The notes beneath the pieces are model-generated. The model ran no database searches, was not told where the DNA came from, and saw nothing but the letters and a program-made list of their open reading frames with translations. Position numbers and translations under genes: made by a program. Positions 1-14,790 of a stretch of 64,000 nucleotides of DNA are shown here, one piece after another (the stretch's first letter is position 1; the number at the start of each line of letters is the position of its first letter). Origin of the DNA: Epiperipatus broadwayi (lineage: Eukaryota; Animalia; Onychophora); the NCBI GenBank assembly GCA_028023455.1, contig JAQFVV010000006.1, forward strand, positions 8,680,001 to 8,744,000, given 5' to 3'.

Positions 1-689
1 CATGTTATTTTTATAAATAAAAAAAAACGATGCAAATAACAGACACAGCAAATGATTTTACGAATTTTACAAAAAATAAAACAAATGTTTAGTAATGTTT
101 TTAATTTAAAATATGTTTAACTACATTAAGTTTAACATTTTAATAATATACATGCATTAATATATATTATTGAGAAAATAAATTTAATACAGTATAATTC
201 TGTTCTGTATCTCGTTATTTAATATGGCAATTGCACTGATATTTATATATCAACAGGCTTTTGAAACATTTGAATTAATTGAATTAAATTGGTAATACGG
301 TAATGTATTGCTTGTTGTATTTTTAAAATTAATTAACATGCACATTTATTATGGAAAATAAATTTAAAAACAGCATAAAACTATTTCATAGAGTGTATTT
401 ATCTAATGTTTGTTAATATAATATTGGTTTATACCTAGAGATTGGAGGGCCTTGAAAAATGAAAACAGTAATTTGAATTAATTAAAACTAAATGATAGTT
501 AAACCTTACATACTATGACATTTAGGTCTGATAGTTTACCCAAATTGGGAGAACTATGAAATATCATTTGTGCACTTGTTATGTCAGCCATAACATTTAT
601 TGTATATTTTTGGATTCATTGTCCAGTTTTTAATAAGCATAGTGTTGCATGAATCATATATTATGTAGGACCCCAATAAAAAATATTTG

Positions 690-905
690 CGAGAAAATGA
701 AAGGATTATAGTGAAAAGACAAGATTAGCAATTTGGGGGTGATAATAATAATTAATAATTGGATTGAACATGTTCCTCGATGTTAGAAAATTAGGAATGG
801 TGTTGAATGTGACTATGGAAAGTAAAACAAACAGATGGGAGAAGAAAAAATTGGTAGATGACAATAAGGAGTTGAGTATTACCAATGGATAGAATGGTTA
901 TGCAA
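690..905 (+). mobile_element. Decayed RTE-like LINE 3' remnant
   Basis: Fragments resembling NWI(G)HV.R...V.E.TMEGK...KKLVDDIK across frameshifts. Confidence 0.5.
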
Positions 906-1460
906 CTGGTCTTATTTGTGTTCACAGATGTTTTCTTGTGACAGATAATAAATTTAATAATGTAATAGTAATGATAATTATATATTCACATTGTTATCAT
1001 TAAATTTTCTTCATTTATAAATAAAGAAATAATATATCCATATTCGCACTATTATAAAAGTTTGTAAATCAAATATGCATATATTAAATATTTGAAATAT
1101 TTAGTAAAAGTTTTATCAAAAAGTCTATGTTTTTTTTATATATTCTAATTCATATTTGTCATATTCTGATTTGTTATTTCCAACTCTTTGTATATCATCC
1201 TACATTTTTATTGGTGATAACTTTTTGCATTTTTATTTCCGTATACTTTAAAATCAGAATTATTTATGACTATTATAGTCTACTTGTAAACTTTTGCATT
1301 ATTTATATTTTAAATCATATGCTTTATATGTGTGGCTTGAAAAGTAAAATCAATATATAATTTTTTTGGCAATATTTTTTTGCACCATTTCTGAACTTTA
1401 ATCTCATTGTTGTTGTACATTGACTTTTACTAGCTTCTTGGTATTTTAATTTCTTGATTT

Positions 1461-1766
1461 AAACAGGCGAAACTGTCCATACAGTAGTGCCACTCATTGC
1501 AAGCCAAAGTAATCAATGGATGCCAGGAAGGCTTGTACATAAAATTCCTATCTTGTGCCTACTCATCCAATATCTCCCAGACTAGTTTCTAGCTTGTGGC
1601 TTTCAACAGTGAGTAACGTTGGATCTGAGAGCACTTCATCTAGATCTTTGGATCTAATGCAACCCTCCAAGAGCCACCTTTTATCTCTACTTAACTACAA
1701 AACTATGAGAATAATATGAAAACACAATATTTTCAATCCAAACTCATTAGCTTATATAGCCTTATA
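1461..1766 (-). mobile_element. Family A HHR-bearing dispersed repeat (solo; core mutated to CTGTTGA)
   Basis: Aligns by eye with 52447-52750 along its whole length; HHR motif at 1573-1614. Confidence 0.85.
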
Positions 1767-2548
1767 ATCATAAGAAAAGGTGATCATGTGATGTTTAATG
1801 GTTTAATTTCTTGACTTACATTTAAACTTCTGTGTTTTTGCATAATGTTAGTTCTAAGTTATTTCTTTTCTACAGAAAAAAATATTTTTTTGCCAAACAT
1901 TTTTGTCTTTCATTAAATCTACATATATTGAAGAATAGGAAGTAACCATATATATTAGTCTTTCATTTTTGTAGTATAATCCACAAGTATTTTAATTTTA
2001 CATATTGCTGACATTTATTAAATTTCTAAAAGTAGTCCTTGTCTGATGATTTTGGGAATGCAGCAATATTAAATCACAAATAATGTGATACAAATTCTTA
2101 TAGCAATATTGTTAATTGAAACCATAGCATCTTATACACTAAACTATGTTTTTTAAAATATATATAGTACTGGATATAAAGGCAAACAAAAATATATATT
2201 AAAATAACAATCTTTAGAATGATTATAATTAATTTTCTGGAAAAATTGACAAAACTGCATTTTTATTCATAGTTTACAGATTTGAAAATGATTAATATGG
2301 TGAAAGAAAAAAAATGGTATTTTGTCTCAAATAGAAACAGGTATTTGGTAATAAAATGAATTTATAATTCATTTTGTTTAATAATTATTTTATCCGAGCA
2401 GACCCACAATACAATAGCAGTTTTAAACTGTTCTTTAACAGCAGAGACTACATGTAAACACTTAATTAAATAAACAATCTAATGACTTCATTGCTCAAAA
2501 GTTCATGAGGGGTTTGAATGCTGGACTTGCCTGAACTTGAATCAATCC

Positions 2549-2653
2549 AAGGATCTTACATTCCAAAGTCACACTAAACATGGAGTGCATAGGCATTTTA
2601 AGGATCTTACATTCCAATGTCTGACACTAAAACACGGAGTGCAAAGGCATTTT
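2549..2653. repeat. Two-copy tandem duplication (~52 bp unit)
   Basis: AAGGATCTTACATTCCAA...CACTAAA...GGAGTGCA.AGGCATTTT occurs twice. Confidence 0.85.
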
Positions 2654-3013
2654 AATCTACAATAATTATAATGGATAACTATATATATGGTTTTTTAAAA
2701 AAAAACAACTAGATATAAAAATGGTATTTCGAATTAGTATTTCTTCTGAAATATTGTTGTTCTGTTTAACCAATTTTAGCCGATTTAAGGCTACGGAACC
2801 TTTACAAATGTGAGTTACATTTTGTTTAGTAGAGTGCCCTTGCGATCTACTCATATACCAGAGGAAAAACAATTTAAGAATCTGATTTCAACATTTATTT
2901 AATATATCAAAATATAAATATTTATAACGAACTGTAATTATGAAATTTTTGATGCGGCACAGTCTTAACATTTTTTTTTTCTTTGTTTAAATCATGATTA
3001 TAAAAGGAAATTC

Positions 3014-3070
3014 CCTGTGTGGTTTAGTGCATGGTAGAGTATTAAAAATCCTGGGATCGATTCCCACTAC
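3014..3070 (+). repeat. tRNA-derived SINE head (possible)
   Basis: A-box-like TGGTTTAGTG and B-box-like GGATCGATTCCC at plausible spacing. Confidence 0.4.
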
Positions 3071-3596
3071 AGATATGTCTGGTGTTTGAACTTCTTAAGA
3101 ACATTTTAGGAATAAAGCCACTTGATTCTTTTATATAAGAGGACATGGATAATTATTAATATTTACTAAGTTGTTGATTGATTTTGAAGTAATTAGTTTT
3201 TGATTTAATATTTATATCTGGAAATGTTGATTCACTAAATACTTAAAACCATGATAAGATATTTTATCACTAAACCTATCATTTCCTATATTTTGCTGTA
3301 ATAATTTATATAAATACTATTTGTACACCTTATAGGTGGAGCACAATTGACTGACTGAGTTTCCCTGACATATTCCATGAAATAATTCAAAATTTTATTC
3401 AGAAAACAAATATTTGATTTTTAAGTTGATAAGAAACTGCACATTACAAAAAAGAAAAAAAAAACTTTATGTCCAACTGACTAGTTCATTTTGAATAATA
3501 CAAGGAAAAGCAAATAGAATTGAATAATAATTCTAGATAAAAGCTGTTTTAGTTTACAAAAATATTTGTTTATATGTATCATCATTGTCAATTATT

Positions 3597-3955
3597 ATCA
3601 ATCCATTGCAGGGTTAAGGTTTCTCCAAGTTCAATCCATCTCGCATCTCTAGCCTTTCTTCTCCATATCATGCTGGCATGCCTTACTTATTTCATCCATC
3701 CATCTTATATTAGCTCTCTTTCTTAGTCTTACAATCTCTTGGAATCCTGTTTAAGTTTTCAATTGTCCATCTATTATTGTCTTTTCTAGCAATATGTCCA
3801 GCCCAACTCCACTCAGTCTTTTTAATTCTTTCAACGGTAATACCTTTTTGTTCTCTTACTCATATATTGCATTTTCGATCTCTTCTTGTTACTATTAACA
3901 TGCATCTCTCCAAACTTCTTTGAGTGGTCTGGAGTCTATAGCTCTTCTATTAAGT
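3597..3955 (-). mobile_element. RTE-clade LINE 3' fragment, decayed
   Basis: Minus-strand translation with stops and frameshifts: QRSLERCML...EWSWAGHIARKDNNRWT...IPRD...RWMDEI...LGETLTLQW, the typical RTE C-terminus. Confidence 0.8.
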
Positions 3956-5647
3956 ATTTATTTATATATATAAATAAATCTAAATTATATATGTGTTTTG
4001 CTGAAATCTTTGGCAAGCAATATCTAGCTTCATTTCTAAATACTTTTACTAATTTTATATTTTTACTTGTTATATTTTGCTTTGTAAATAAAAATAATAA
4101 TTTAAAGCTATTTACATTCAAATTGCAACTAATGATTACAATGAGATAGCTAGTTACAGAATAGTTTCATGTTTTACCTCTTTACTAACTTATAACTCAT
4201 GAAGTTGTATAATTGTATTACTATATTTTAAAGATGAAATGGGTCAATATAAAAAATATTTAATATTCGAAATTATTAAATTATTACTGAAACATTAAAA
4301 AAAAAATTGATGTAGTATTTTAAAATCCACAGGAAATTGACTCTTCGGGCTATTTATGTCCAAAAAAAAAAATAGCATGCACTTGATACGAGCGAAGGGT
4401 TCTGAATAAATTAGATTATATTTCTTTATTATTAAAAGACATTTTTATTGAGAATAAAAATAGAAAAAATCATGTAAAAGATTTAAATTTATTAGGTTTG
4501 GCATTTGATTAATAGTTTGCTTTCAGAGAAAAGCATATATATTTACTTGATATAAGCAAAGTTACTCTTCCTAAAGGCTCTCTTAATCTTGGTTATGCTA
4601 AAAGATACATGCAAAATGAAAATTGCGTTACTTGGATTACCAGCAGTGCAATTTACTGATTAAAAAATTGTGATTTTTTAAAAGAAATTATTTCTTAGAT
4701 ATGATTAATAAATATTACATAAATAAAAAAAAATTCCAACAAAATTCTTAAAATAACTTCAAAGGAACTTAACACAATATTTGGTAATATGTGATTTTTT
4801 TAAAATCATAACTGGTTTACTATAAAATCTTGCGTAATGAAAATGACATTACTAAAGTGGGAAGTAATATTTAAAAGATAATTTGCAAAAACATACATTA
4901 CTGTCAAATCTGAACTTTCACTTACAATATCCACATGCTATTTTCTGTACTTTTTTTTTAAAAGTAATCTAGGAATGTATTTACTTTATTTATATATTTG
5001 TAAATTTCATTGTATAGAGTTGAGCATTTTTGTAATCTTTGAAAATTTGCTTTTTTCTGGTCGAATTTATATAAAAAGTCTATTTATTGTATATCTGGAG
5101 TGAGCATATGCTTCAGGAATTAGATACATATAATATTTATCATATGTTTTTGAATGTTCAAGATCTATAGTAATCACTTTTGGAACTAATTTTGCAGAGT
5201 GAGATCAGGCCATTAAATATTGAAAAACTTTTTGTCCACCATACAAAAATAAAAATCATATTTACAAACATTTAAACTGGTATTGTGCATAAATGTTAAG
5301 AATTTAAAGTTTTAAAATATCTGGGTTTTTGCTTATCTTTAGAATATTTACGAAATAAAATATTCTTAAATTAATATGTACTATACTATTATAAATTATT
5401 AATATAAAAATTTAGGGAAAATGGCAAAAATCAATATCTCTAGAAATCCACTGTAGTTTTGGGGGTTACATGTGGCTCATGTGCCATAATTTGTCCACCA
5501 TTATATTTTGAGCGAGGTAACACAAGATTTTTGTTTTCAAAGTATAATTTTTATTGCTGTAATCAATCCAATTTCTGAGTGTTTTTTCCATTTTTTTAAA
5601 ATTAAACTTCATATGATCACCATTCCCTATGCTTATTCAAGCTGTTA

Positions 5648-6158
5648 AAACAGGAAAATTCTCCATACATTATTGTCAGCCAGTGCAATCCAGAGTTGTC
5701 AATGGACGCAAGAAGGTTTGTGCATAAAATTCCTATCTAGTGCCTACTCATCCAATATCTCCAGATTAGTTTCTAGCTTAAATCGCTGAGAGCACTGCAT
5801 CTGGATCTTAGAATCCATTGCAATCCTCTACCAAAATGTAGATGTTGAGCTGGGTCAGATCCATATGACTTATACGAGCAAATTGAGCTTGAATTGAAAA
5901 AATCATTGGGTTTTCATTTTGGACTCACAGCTTTATAGTTAACTAAAAAGGTAAAAAGTGACTGCTAGAGGGTTGCATTGGATCCTAAAATCTAAGTGCA
6001 ATGCTCTCAGATCCAAGACCTCTCACTGACAACGAAAACCAACTGCTAGAAACTAATCTGGGGATATTCGATGAGTAGACTAGTTATGCATAAACTTTGT
6101 ATCCATCGTATTACTCTGGCTTGTACTGGGTGACACTACTGTATGAAGAGTTTTGTTC
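5648..6158. mobile_element. Family A inverted pair (antisense 5648-~5832, sense ~5878-6158), HHRs degenerate
   Basis: Both arms share the family A 3' part (CTCTGGCTTG...GAGTTTTG) in opposite orientation. Confidence 0.8.
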
Positions 6159-7994
6159 TTACCTGCTGACTTATTGTAGTTATATCTGCAGAAATGAAAG
6201 ATACTGTACCAACATTATTTATAATTTTTTCTTAATTATTTGTTTTCTATTTTTAACATAATAATGAAATTTACATTTTTTATTCTAATGAATTGCTTCT
6301 TTTACAATGTCCATTTACACATAATGAACTTTACTAAATGAAATTAAACCAGAATTTGAAGTCTTTAAAGTTACAATTTTAAATAGTCATATAAATACAT
6401 ATCAAGACAATGATAGAAGCACACTCCACATAGATTTTTTAACAAAAATTTACAGCATGTATATTACTTTACTGTGTTTGAAAACATTAAAAGATAAAAC
6501 ATAAGCAACTATATATGTTATGCTTCATATTGGACTGTATCAAAAGGAAGATTTTACAGGCTTTTTGTTTTTTTTAGTATACTAACTATTATCATTATAA
6601 CAATTGCTACCATTTTTGAACCGCATTTGTGGGCGCTTTTTATTAATTGCATGGAATCGTGGCTGAAATACTCTATTAGTCATAGATATGCTTCTGTTTG
6701 CATTCATAGTTTTTCCCCAAAATTTATCAGTTATTAGAAGATTTGTAGATAAAAATAATTGATTTTTATGATTAAAAAATAAAATTAATTTATTATCATC
6801 GATTTATTTATCTGAGAATGCTATGAATCTCGATCATTAACCTGTCTGTAATATTGTATATTGCACTTAATTTTTTAATGTGTGACATTTTGTTTTAAAT
6901 GATGTTGCAATTCTATGTGCATTAATTAAAAATCAGTGGAAGTAGTTAACGTATTAGTAGTATTTATTATACCATCAATATTTTTGTAGTTACATAATAA
7001 AATTTAATTATTATTCCTTGTCATTAATTATATTCAATATGGATGGTGCATTGTTTTAAATGTCTGAAATTTTTTAGTAAATATAAACATGGATTAATTG
7101 TTAAGTACAATACTTAAATTTTTGAGTTATTTTACACATGCGCTGTATTGTTATATTCAATCAAACTTTTTGTTGAATATTCGGAAACTCTCGATCCAAG
7201 CCACAAGGTAGAGTCTTTGAAAAGATAAGAGTAGCCGTCCTATCTTTTGTATCTAAATTCAGTTATATAGGCCAATCTTAAGTTTCTTGAAATAAGATTG
7301 TGAAGATTTTAATTTTCTTTATTATGCGTGCTTGCAAAATCTTACCATTTACTGCATGTTAATATTAAAAGACTAGTGTCTGAGATCGAATTTTCTAACA
7401 TGCAGCATAAACATTGATTGAATATAATAGTACAGCACATGTGTAAAATGTTGATTACCTTCTGTTTAAAATTAGAGTTTGAAAAACTATTAAATCTCTC
7501 AGTTTATTATATGTTTGAGTTATATATATTTATAATTGGCTGCAAAAGTTGTGTGACATGTTATACTTTGTCACTGAATCCTAAAGTAACTCAGATAAAT
7601 TTTTAACATTTTTCCCATTATTGCTCTCCTCCTATTAATTATACTCAACAACGTACTCAAGCAGTTGTGGTAATTTATTAACTTTGATTTATGAGCTTGA
7701 AAACTGAAAAAAATAAACTATGGACTATTTTTTAGAAGTTTAAAAGTTTCTGGAGGATGAGTCTTCAGTTTGGTTGGGGGAGGGTCACAATATTTGTAAT
7801 TGCATACAATGTCTCGCGTGTTTTGATGTAATAGTGACCAGCAGACCCGAGTTCAAGATTTATGTATTGTGACTTGGCTCTATTATTCTGCTAAGTATAT
7901 AAAGGACATTAAAACCAATTGAAGTTATGAATTTGTTTAAAATATTTATTAATATAATTTTTATATTTATAGGATTGTATGGTCTAACTCTTGT

Positions 7995-8385
7995 GATAAT
8001 GTTGGGTATAATATCCTTAAGCACACATCAAAAAAAAATATCTGATTTTGACAAAAAATGAAAAATAGATTAAACCCGCATGTACTTTTCTTGGAACCCA
8101 TTTAAGCTGTGATTCATTAAACCAAATAATTTTCCCCGCAGACTCTTCATCCTCTCATACATATACATTTTGGAACTATAAATTTATATAAATTGACCTA
8201 GCCAATGTGATAATGTGTGGTATAAAATCATTAAGTACAAATTATAAATCCTGTTCAAAAAATTGACTGATTTTGACAGAAGTTAAAAAATAGCATTAAA
8301 CCCACATGTAGATTTTTTGGAACCCAATATACTTCATCACATCAAATTTTACCCACAGACTCTTCATCCTCTCATATATTATTTT
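7995..8385. repeat. Diverged direct duplication (~210 bp period)
   Basis: GATAATGT...CTGATTTTGACA...TAAACCC.CATGTA...TTGGAACCCA...CAGACTCTTCATCCTCTCATA occurs twice. Confidence 0.75.
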
Positions 8386-8837
8386 TTTAAATCACTCACA
8401 ATGCTGTACTCTTCAATCAGGGCCATTTTCAGTCAGCGCACATAATTTTGGAAAAAAAATTCCTATTGGCTAATTTTAAGAATACATCATATGCTTAATC
8501 GTTAACTCGTGTCTCATATGTATATTATTAATTAGATTTCTCTGGCGAGCATTTTAATTGCTCTAATATCATAGTAAAAGCAGGGTTTCCTGCAGTGCAA
8601 GGCTTTCCATAATCCTTGTGCATATCACACACAGGACCATGAGTCTCAAACTTAACATAAATGCATGCAATTAAGCATATTGGGGATTCTGTGATACTCA
8701 CACCTCCATTCTATTTCTTTACAATGTTCTCGCATTGCAAATACCACTTAAAAATGGTGTAGCATTCCTCAGTACTTCCTTTTTTTTTTTTAATTTCTTG
8801 GCTGTCGATGGTGGCGCTCCCATTCTCTTGATTGATG

Positions 8838-8920
8838 TAAAGTGACTAACAGGTTTCTCTGGGCATACTTGCTGAGAGTTTCCTGACTGTGTAAGAAGTC
8901 ACTGTGCATCATATCACATG
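8838..8920 (+). repeat. 3' tail homologous to the LINE at 55831-56905
   Basis: AGTGACTAACAGGTTTCTCTGGGCATACTTGCTGAGAGTTTCCTGACT...CATCATATCACAT vs LINE 3' UTR AGTGGCTAACAGGTTTATCTGGGCATAGTTGCTGAGATATTCTTGACT...(ACATC)n. Confidence 0.75.
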
Positions 8921-11574
8921 ATCCTCTTTCAAATGAAAGTTATACTACACATTGCTATCGTAATTCAATTACAAAAAGTAATATATAAATAACATCTCTT
9001 AAAATGTATATTTCTTTTTTTTTTTGGCATCTGTGGTAATGAATGCAGTAAAATATATGTATATGACAGACAATGAAGATTTTTTTTTTTTGTCAATTTT
9101 TAAAAAATAATGGTTATATTTTTTAAATCAATATGTTTTGCAATTGAAATGTCAACATTTAAAGATCATTCAAATAGAAATTTTGCATTGTCTATAGCAT
9201 TTTAAATGTAGAAATACTTGTTTTGATTTATTGGATAAAGTTTCAATAACAATAAGGTAAATTCAAATAAAGGAAGGGAAATTGTTTTTAAGTTCTACAG
9301 GAAATAATGTCTCCAAATTTAATTCATTTTCTCTGATCCATGACATACGTTTCATATTCTAGCAATCTTTCTAATCTGTTATGTTTTACAATCTATTAGG
9401 ATCTATTTTAAGACTTCAGTTGTCGAGCTCATTAACTCAATGATGTCATTGATATCTGTTTGTTTTTTTATTTCCATATTTTGCTTTTGGTTCATCCATG
9501 ATATTCTCAACACAATTTTTCATCCTAATTTACAATGTCTTCTTATATAAGTCTTCATAAAAACACATTTTTAAAAAAAAAAAAAACCTTTTCAAAAACA
9601 GGCACATTTTCTTTAAAATAATTTTATCAAAAGAATTCTATCCTAGTTTAATTCTATGAATAATTTCATATATCTTGTTTTTATCTATTATTAATAATCT
9701 AATCAAGATATTTGTTGTTAGCCTCTAATCAATTGCTGTTTAATATTATTTTATATATATAAAAAAAACTATTGAAGTATATATCCGCAAAGCTAGATAT
9801 GAAACTTATGATCTTTGATGATAGAAAAAATAATTGGAGAAAAAATGGCGGATGAAGTCTGATAAACTACAAGGAGTTGGTGAAATTTCTGTTGAATTAC
9901 TCAAAGCTATGAGTGGGAGTTTTTTGTTTACAATATAATTTCTAAATCAAGAGATAGCCAATGCATTTCTTTCCAGTAACAAGATGCTTTTAGATCAGGA
10001 ATCTAATGCATTATTAAAGAGAAAGGATTTTAGAACCACAATTGAGCCCCAAGTCCATATCATTGAGAATGTTTTTAATTTTTTTTTGGGAATATCTGAA
10101 GGTGTGTAATGATGACATTTAACTTGTAATTTATCTAGTTCAGGGTTTGGAAATTTTTTTACCATGAAAAGCCATTTTGTGTGGATACCCTTCACCTCTT
10201 ACCAAATAAAACTGCAGCAAGGAAAGGAGTGAGAAATAGGTTCATGAGAAATATGAATTTCTGAATGGTCATGAATTATTTGAACATTTATTTTAGTAAT
10301 AGAATGTAATAGAATATGTATATATCTTTACGAAAATATTTTCCTAAAAATAAACTAACACAAACAAAAAAATTATTTTGACAGTTTGATTTATTCACAA
10401 ATTTCTAATATTTAAATATTCATCATTTACAATAATTACTATTCTATAATAAGGGTTGAATTCAAGAAACAACGTTGTGAAGTGCATTTTTCAGCTCCTA
10501 GAATCATCTAAATATTTTTTTACAAATTACTAGGGGAAATTTTTAAAAATGTATTTATGCTTATCATGATCAAAATAACTGCGAAATTGGAATAAAAGAA
10601 CTGTATGTAACTCTCGAGTTGCAGTTTGCCAATCACTGATGATGCTTAACTTTTCCAAATATCTTTGTTTGTTAGTGATAACACGTTAGTTGTGGATCAT
10701 TTCAAAAGATATTATTTTATATTCTTTAGTTGTTGCTGATCTGACAGTGGCAGGTAGCGCAGGAATTTGAACTGATTGGTTTTAAATTTGTGAATACTTA
10801 TTTTAAGTTGGTACTCTTTTATCTGTTCTATCAGAATCAAATTGGCAGATATTTGATATACTTAAGTATGAGAGTCCTTCTGATTTATCTTTTTAAGGAC
10901 ATGGTGAATGAGTTAATTCCAAACACTATGATCATCACCCACTAGATTGACTTATAGGATTGTTTACCATTGACGTATGAACAGCCAGGTTTTTTTTTTT
11001 TCAATTTTCTTTTTTTTTACATTTTCCTTGCCTGATATTTTTATATTTTTTTAATTGAACATATGTTCTCTGATACACACATAATTTGTTAATTTAGATA
11101 GATGTGTATTTTTCTCTGTAAGGATTATTTTACTTTTTTTTTTTTATATATCTGTCGTTAAGGCTAGTTTTATTGGTATATGCCCATCCACATTTGTATA
11201 ATATTTTGTAAATGTTGTTTATCAGCAATTCAAACTTGGATTATATAGAAGTTAGGATTCCTTGCAATATGCTATGGTTTTGAAAAGGTGTTCTGATATT
11301 ACATTCAATTCAAATTTTATAGGAAGTATTGAATAAATGTATTTATAATGATTTGATATATTTATTTGAAAATTATTTAGGATTTACAATAGTAAAATAG
11401 AAAATATTATGGAAATGATGGTAGACCGTTAAAAAAAGGAAAGAAAATTATTATAAGTTTTTTTTTTTAATAAATTGGATTAATTATTATGTCAGTTATT
11501 TTGAAGAATAAAATTCCGAATAGGAGGAAAAATTTTTATATGATCTTGTTTTACAGTTTAAATAGATGACATTG

Positions 11575-12100
11575 TGGGGTAGAGGCTTATAACAGGGGAA
11601 TGCCATTTGTTTTCCGATTATTTTTTAATATATTTATTTAGATGAACTGCCAAGTGATTGTAATTCTAAGAAAAATCAAGTTAGTATTATGGATAGGAAA
11701 ATTCTTTGGCTCATTTTTGCTATGTTGAGAATAGATTAGCATTAACTTTCTATAAATGAAATTTGTAGGAAATTTGGAATGAAAAACTATCTTTATAAGT
11801 GTAAGACAGTAATTACTTAAAAAGATGAACAATTAAGCATGAAATTTTATAGTAGGTTAGTGCTTATAAGCTATATGGCATATTAAAATGAGAGCTATAG
11901 TAACTAAAGGAGGTTTTAAAGATAGAAAGTTAAACATTTTGCTAAATCATGGCAGTTATAAAAGGCAAAATGAATCGTAGATTTTAAAAAAGAATAGAAA
12001 AGTCGAAAGTATGAAATTTTCAATATAGATGTGTTTGAAGTGAAAATTATTGAACTAATTATAAAACTGAAGAGAAATTATATTAGATGTTTATTTATTG
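11575..12100 (+). mobile_element. Decayed LINE reverse-transcriptase remnant
   Basis: Eroded GL.QG...P.LFNIY(L)DE-like, GMK.N..K-like and YK.(L)G-like fragments; many stops. Confidence 0.4.
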
Positions 12101-14790
12101 ACAGATGAAGGATGTTGTATCTGTTTTTAATTGATTATATATTTATCTTTTTTGCTACAAGAATTCATTCTTTTCTTTAGCTTATAGAATGAGGATTTAT
12201 TTGAATAAATTTTGGATCTTGCAAATTCAGATTTAGAAGTTGTATTTTTTTGTTGTTGTTGTTTCTTTTCTTCTTGTATATTCATACACCCCCTCTTTCC
12301 CTTTAATTGTGCTGTCCAAAAAAAAAAAAAGACTAATTTTCTCCCTATCTTAATTTATAATGCAATCTCAGGCAAAAAATATTTTTCTACTGTTGCAGAT
12401 AATTTTGTCTTTTATCTGTGATATCACATTTTGTAACTTGATAAGTTTTTGTAAATTCATTGAATTTTTATTTAATAATCATGGAGAATATATATATATG
12501 AAAATCAATATTTTATTACAATGAAAAAAATCTTTGAAGTTTGTATCCAACTACACTTTTGATTTCTTATGTGTCAAGGATGACTGATAATAAGCTGATA
12601 TTCTTTATCATATTGTTTTTATATAATACAAAATTATACCTAACTAATAATTGTTAAGTTGTAAACGTAATAATATTGACACAATAATATTTAATCCAAC
12701 ATTTCAAAGTGTTGTACCTAACAATTATTTGAGAACATTTTTAAAAACAATAATAAACCTCTGATAATAAATTAATATACACACAAATGTAAAGTCTGAT
12801 CTTCTTCCCAGTGCTGTTCTATTATGTACTCCAATCTGCGATTAAAATTAGTAATAAAATGATAAATAAGCTGTTTTATACAGAATATGTAAATATGCAT
12901 TTGTGTATGTAAAAATATTAAAACAAAAATGTACATTATTGGTAATTAAAAAAAATAATGTAATATAATTATAAAGAAACGTTATACAGGTGAAACTCGT
13001 AAATCGAATAAAATTGGGGAAAGTGCAATGCAGTGGATTTCTCTAATAATTTAATTTCTTTGCATAATGCATGATTTTTGAAGTGTTTTACCTCTAATAA
13101 ATACCAATTTTAATCCTTAATTTTTAAAAAATATTTATTGTAATTGATTTTTACTAGAACGAAAAAGATAAATTGCAATTTCACAATCCTATAAAGATAT
13201 TAACTAGAAGAATAAAATAAATAAATATTAAGTAAGCTATTATATTTTACAACAAGAAAGCAAAGAGGAAAGAAATGGCAAATGTTTACTTATTTTTTTT
13301 TATAAGTTGCCGGACTGATAGTAAGTTTTTAATATGTGAAATTTTTCATAAATATCGTTTCATTTTATATTTGTTTACATTTCCAGTAGCATGTAAGATA
13401 CTTTAATAACATATTTGAAGTATTCTTGAATTATTATTATATTTATTTTAATCTGTGGTAGAGAAACAATAATACTTGATTAATAATAGCATTGGTCTAC
13501 TTTTTTATCATTTGTTTTCCACTATCTTTGATCTTTTCAGATAACTATATCTTTCTCGGAAAATTTTAAATTTTACTTCAATAATTAATACAAATGAAAT
13601 TTCATTTGCACATAACAAATATATACCTCTTATACAAAAAGAAATCATTAATTTTATTTAGTTTTTAAAAAAATAAATAAACTAATTTGTGATTCTAGTT
13701 ATGTTTTTTTTTTGTATTAGAGAGCATTTAAACGACCAAATTTAATGGTTATGAACCGATAAGGCAGATTAATATATCTTTAACCTTGCCAATAAGGAAT
13801 TATAATTTAAAACGAGAACTTTTCTTCACTATATTAATAGAGCTATTTGTTGTATTCCTGAATAATCAATACCATCTTTCATCAATTACGACTTAAGATT
13901 CAAAGTTGGAACTAATGCATTTATATTATCTAGTGCCTATCTTCTACTCTTTTATATTTACAGTACGGAATAAAATAAAAAATTGTAAGGTTTTGAACAC
14001 AAGTCAATTTACTCGCACAGTCGTATAAATCTGATATTTAGTTTTTTAGAAATCTCCATTTATGCTAACTGGTAGGCCCTTTTTAGCTAAGAAAATTTAT
14101 ACTAATATATTACATGACTTATTATGATTCCAAGAATAGTTCTCTTTATTCTGAATCGTCTGTCAAAGATAATCCTGAGTACTCAACGAACACCAGTTAG
14201 TATAATGTAATAATAATAATCACATCTTTAACCTGACTCTGACTTTCGCCTTTGCCAATGAGAACTTTGTGTTCAAAGTTGAAATTAGTTGCATATTAGT
14301 TTTTTATACTGTTGAAGCTAAAAGCCTGAAATTCAAAACATTCTAAGATTATGAAGCCAAACCAACTCACTTTCATGGCAATATAAATCTGACATTGGAT
14401 TAATTTCTATATATTTTAGTATGGCCTTTTTTCCATTTCAGGCTGTTTGAATAATTTAAAAGAATAAAAGATACTTTCTAGATGTATAAGTGCATTTAGT
14501 TCCGACTTTGAATTCTACATTCTCACTAACATAAACAAAAACCAGAAATTAGTCTGGGAATTTAAATATAACATATGGTGTCTATTAATTATTCAGGCTT
14601 ATGGTAGTTGGCTCCAAACTAAAGTGAATACAACTGCTATTGGAAGCAAGCATATGAGTAGATTGAAAAAGTCATATGATATTGCAGTTACTAATTTAAT
14701 GATAATAGTCAATAACTGTAGTATTCTGTCATTGTTTATTTTTTTAAAGAAGTGTTTAGCAGTGATGTAAATTGTTTTGATCTTTATACT

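Noticed and set aside
1127-1360. Numerous 60-110 aa hydrophobic or low-complexity ORFs (e.g. 1127..1360, 27031..27339, 43255..43596, 55998..56294)
   Set aside because: Expected noise in very AT-rich introns or antisense to TE ORFs; no motifs and no splice consistency with MED13.
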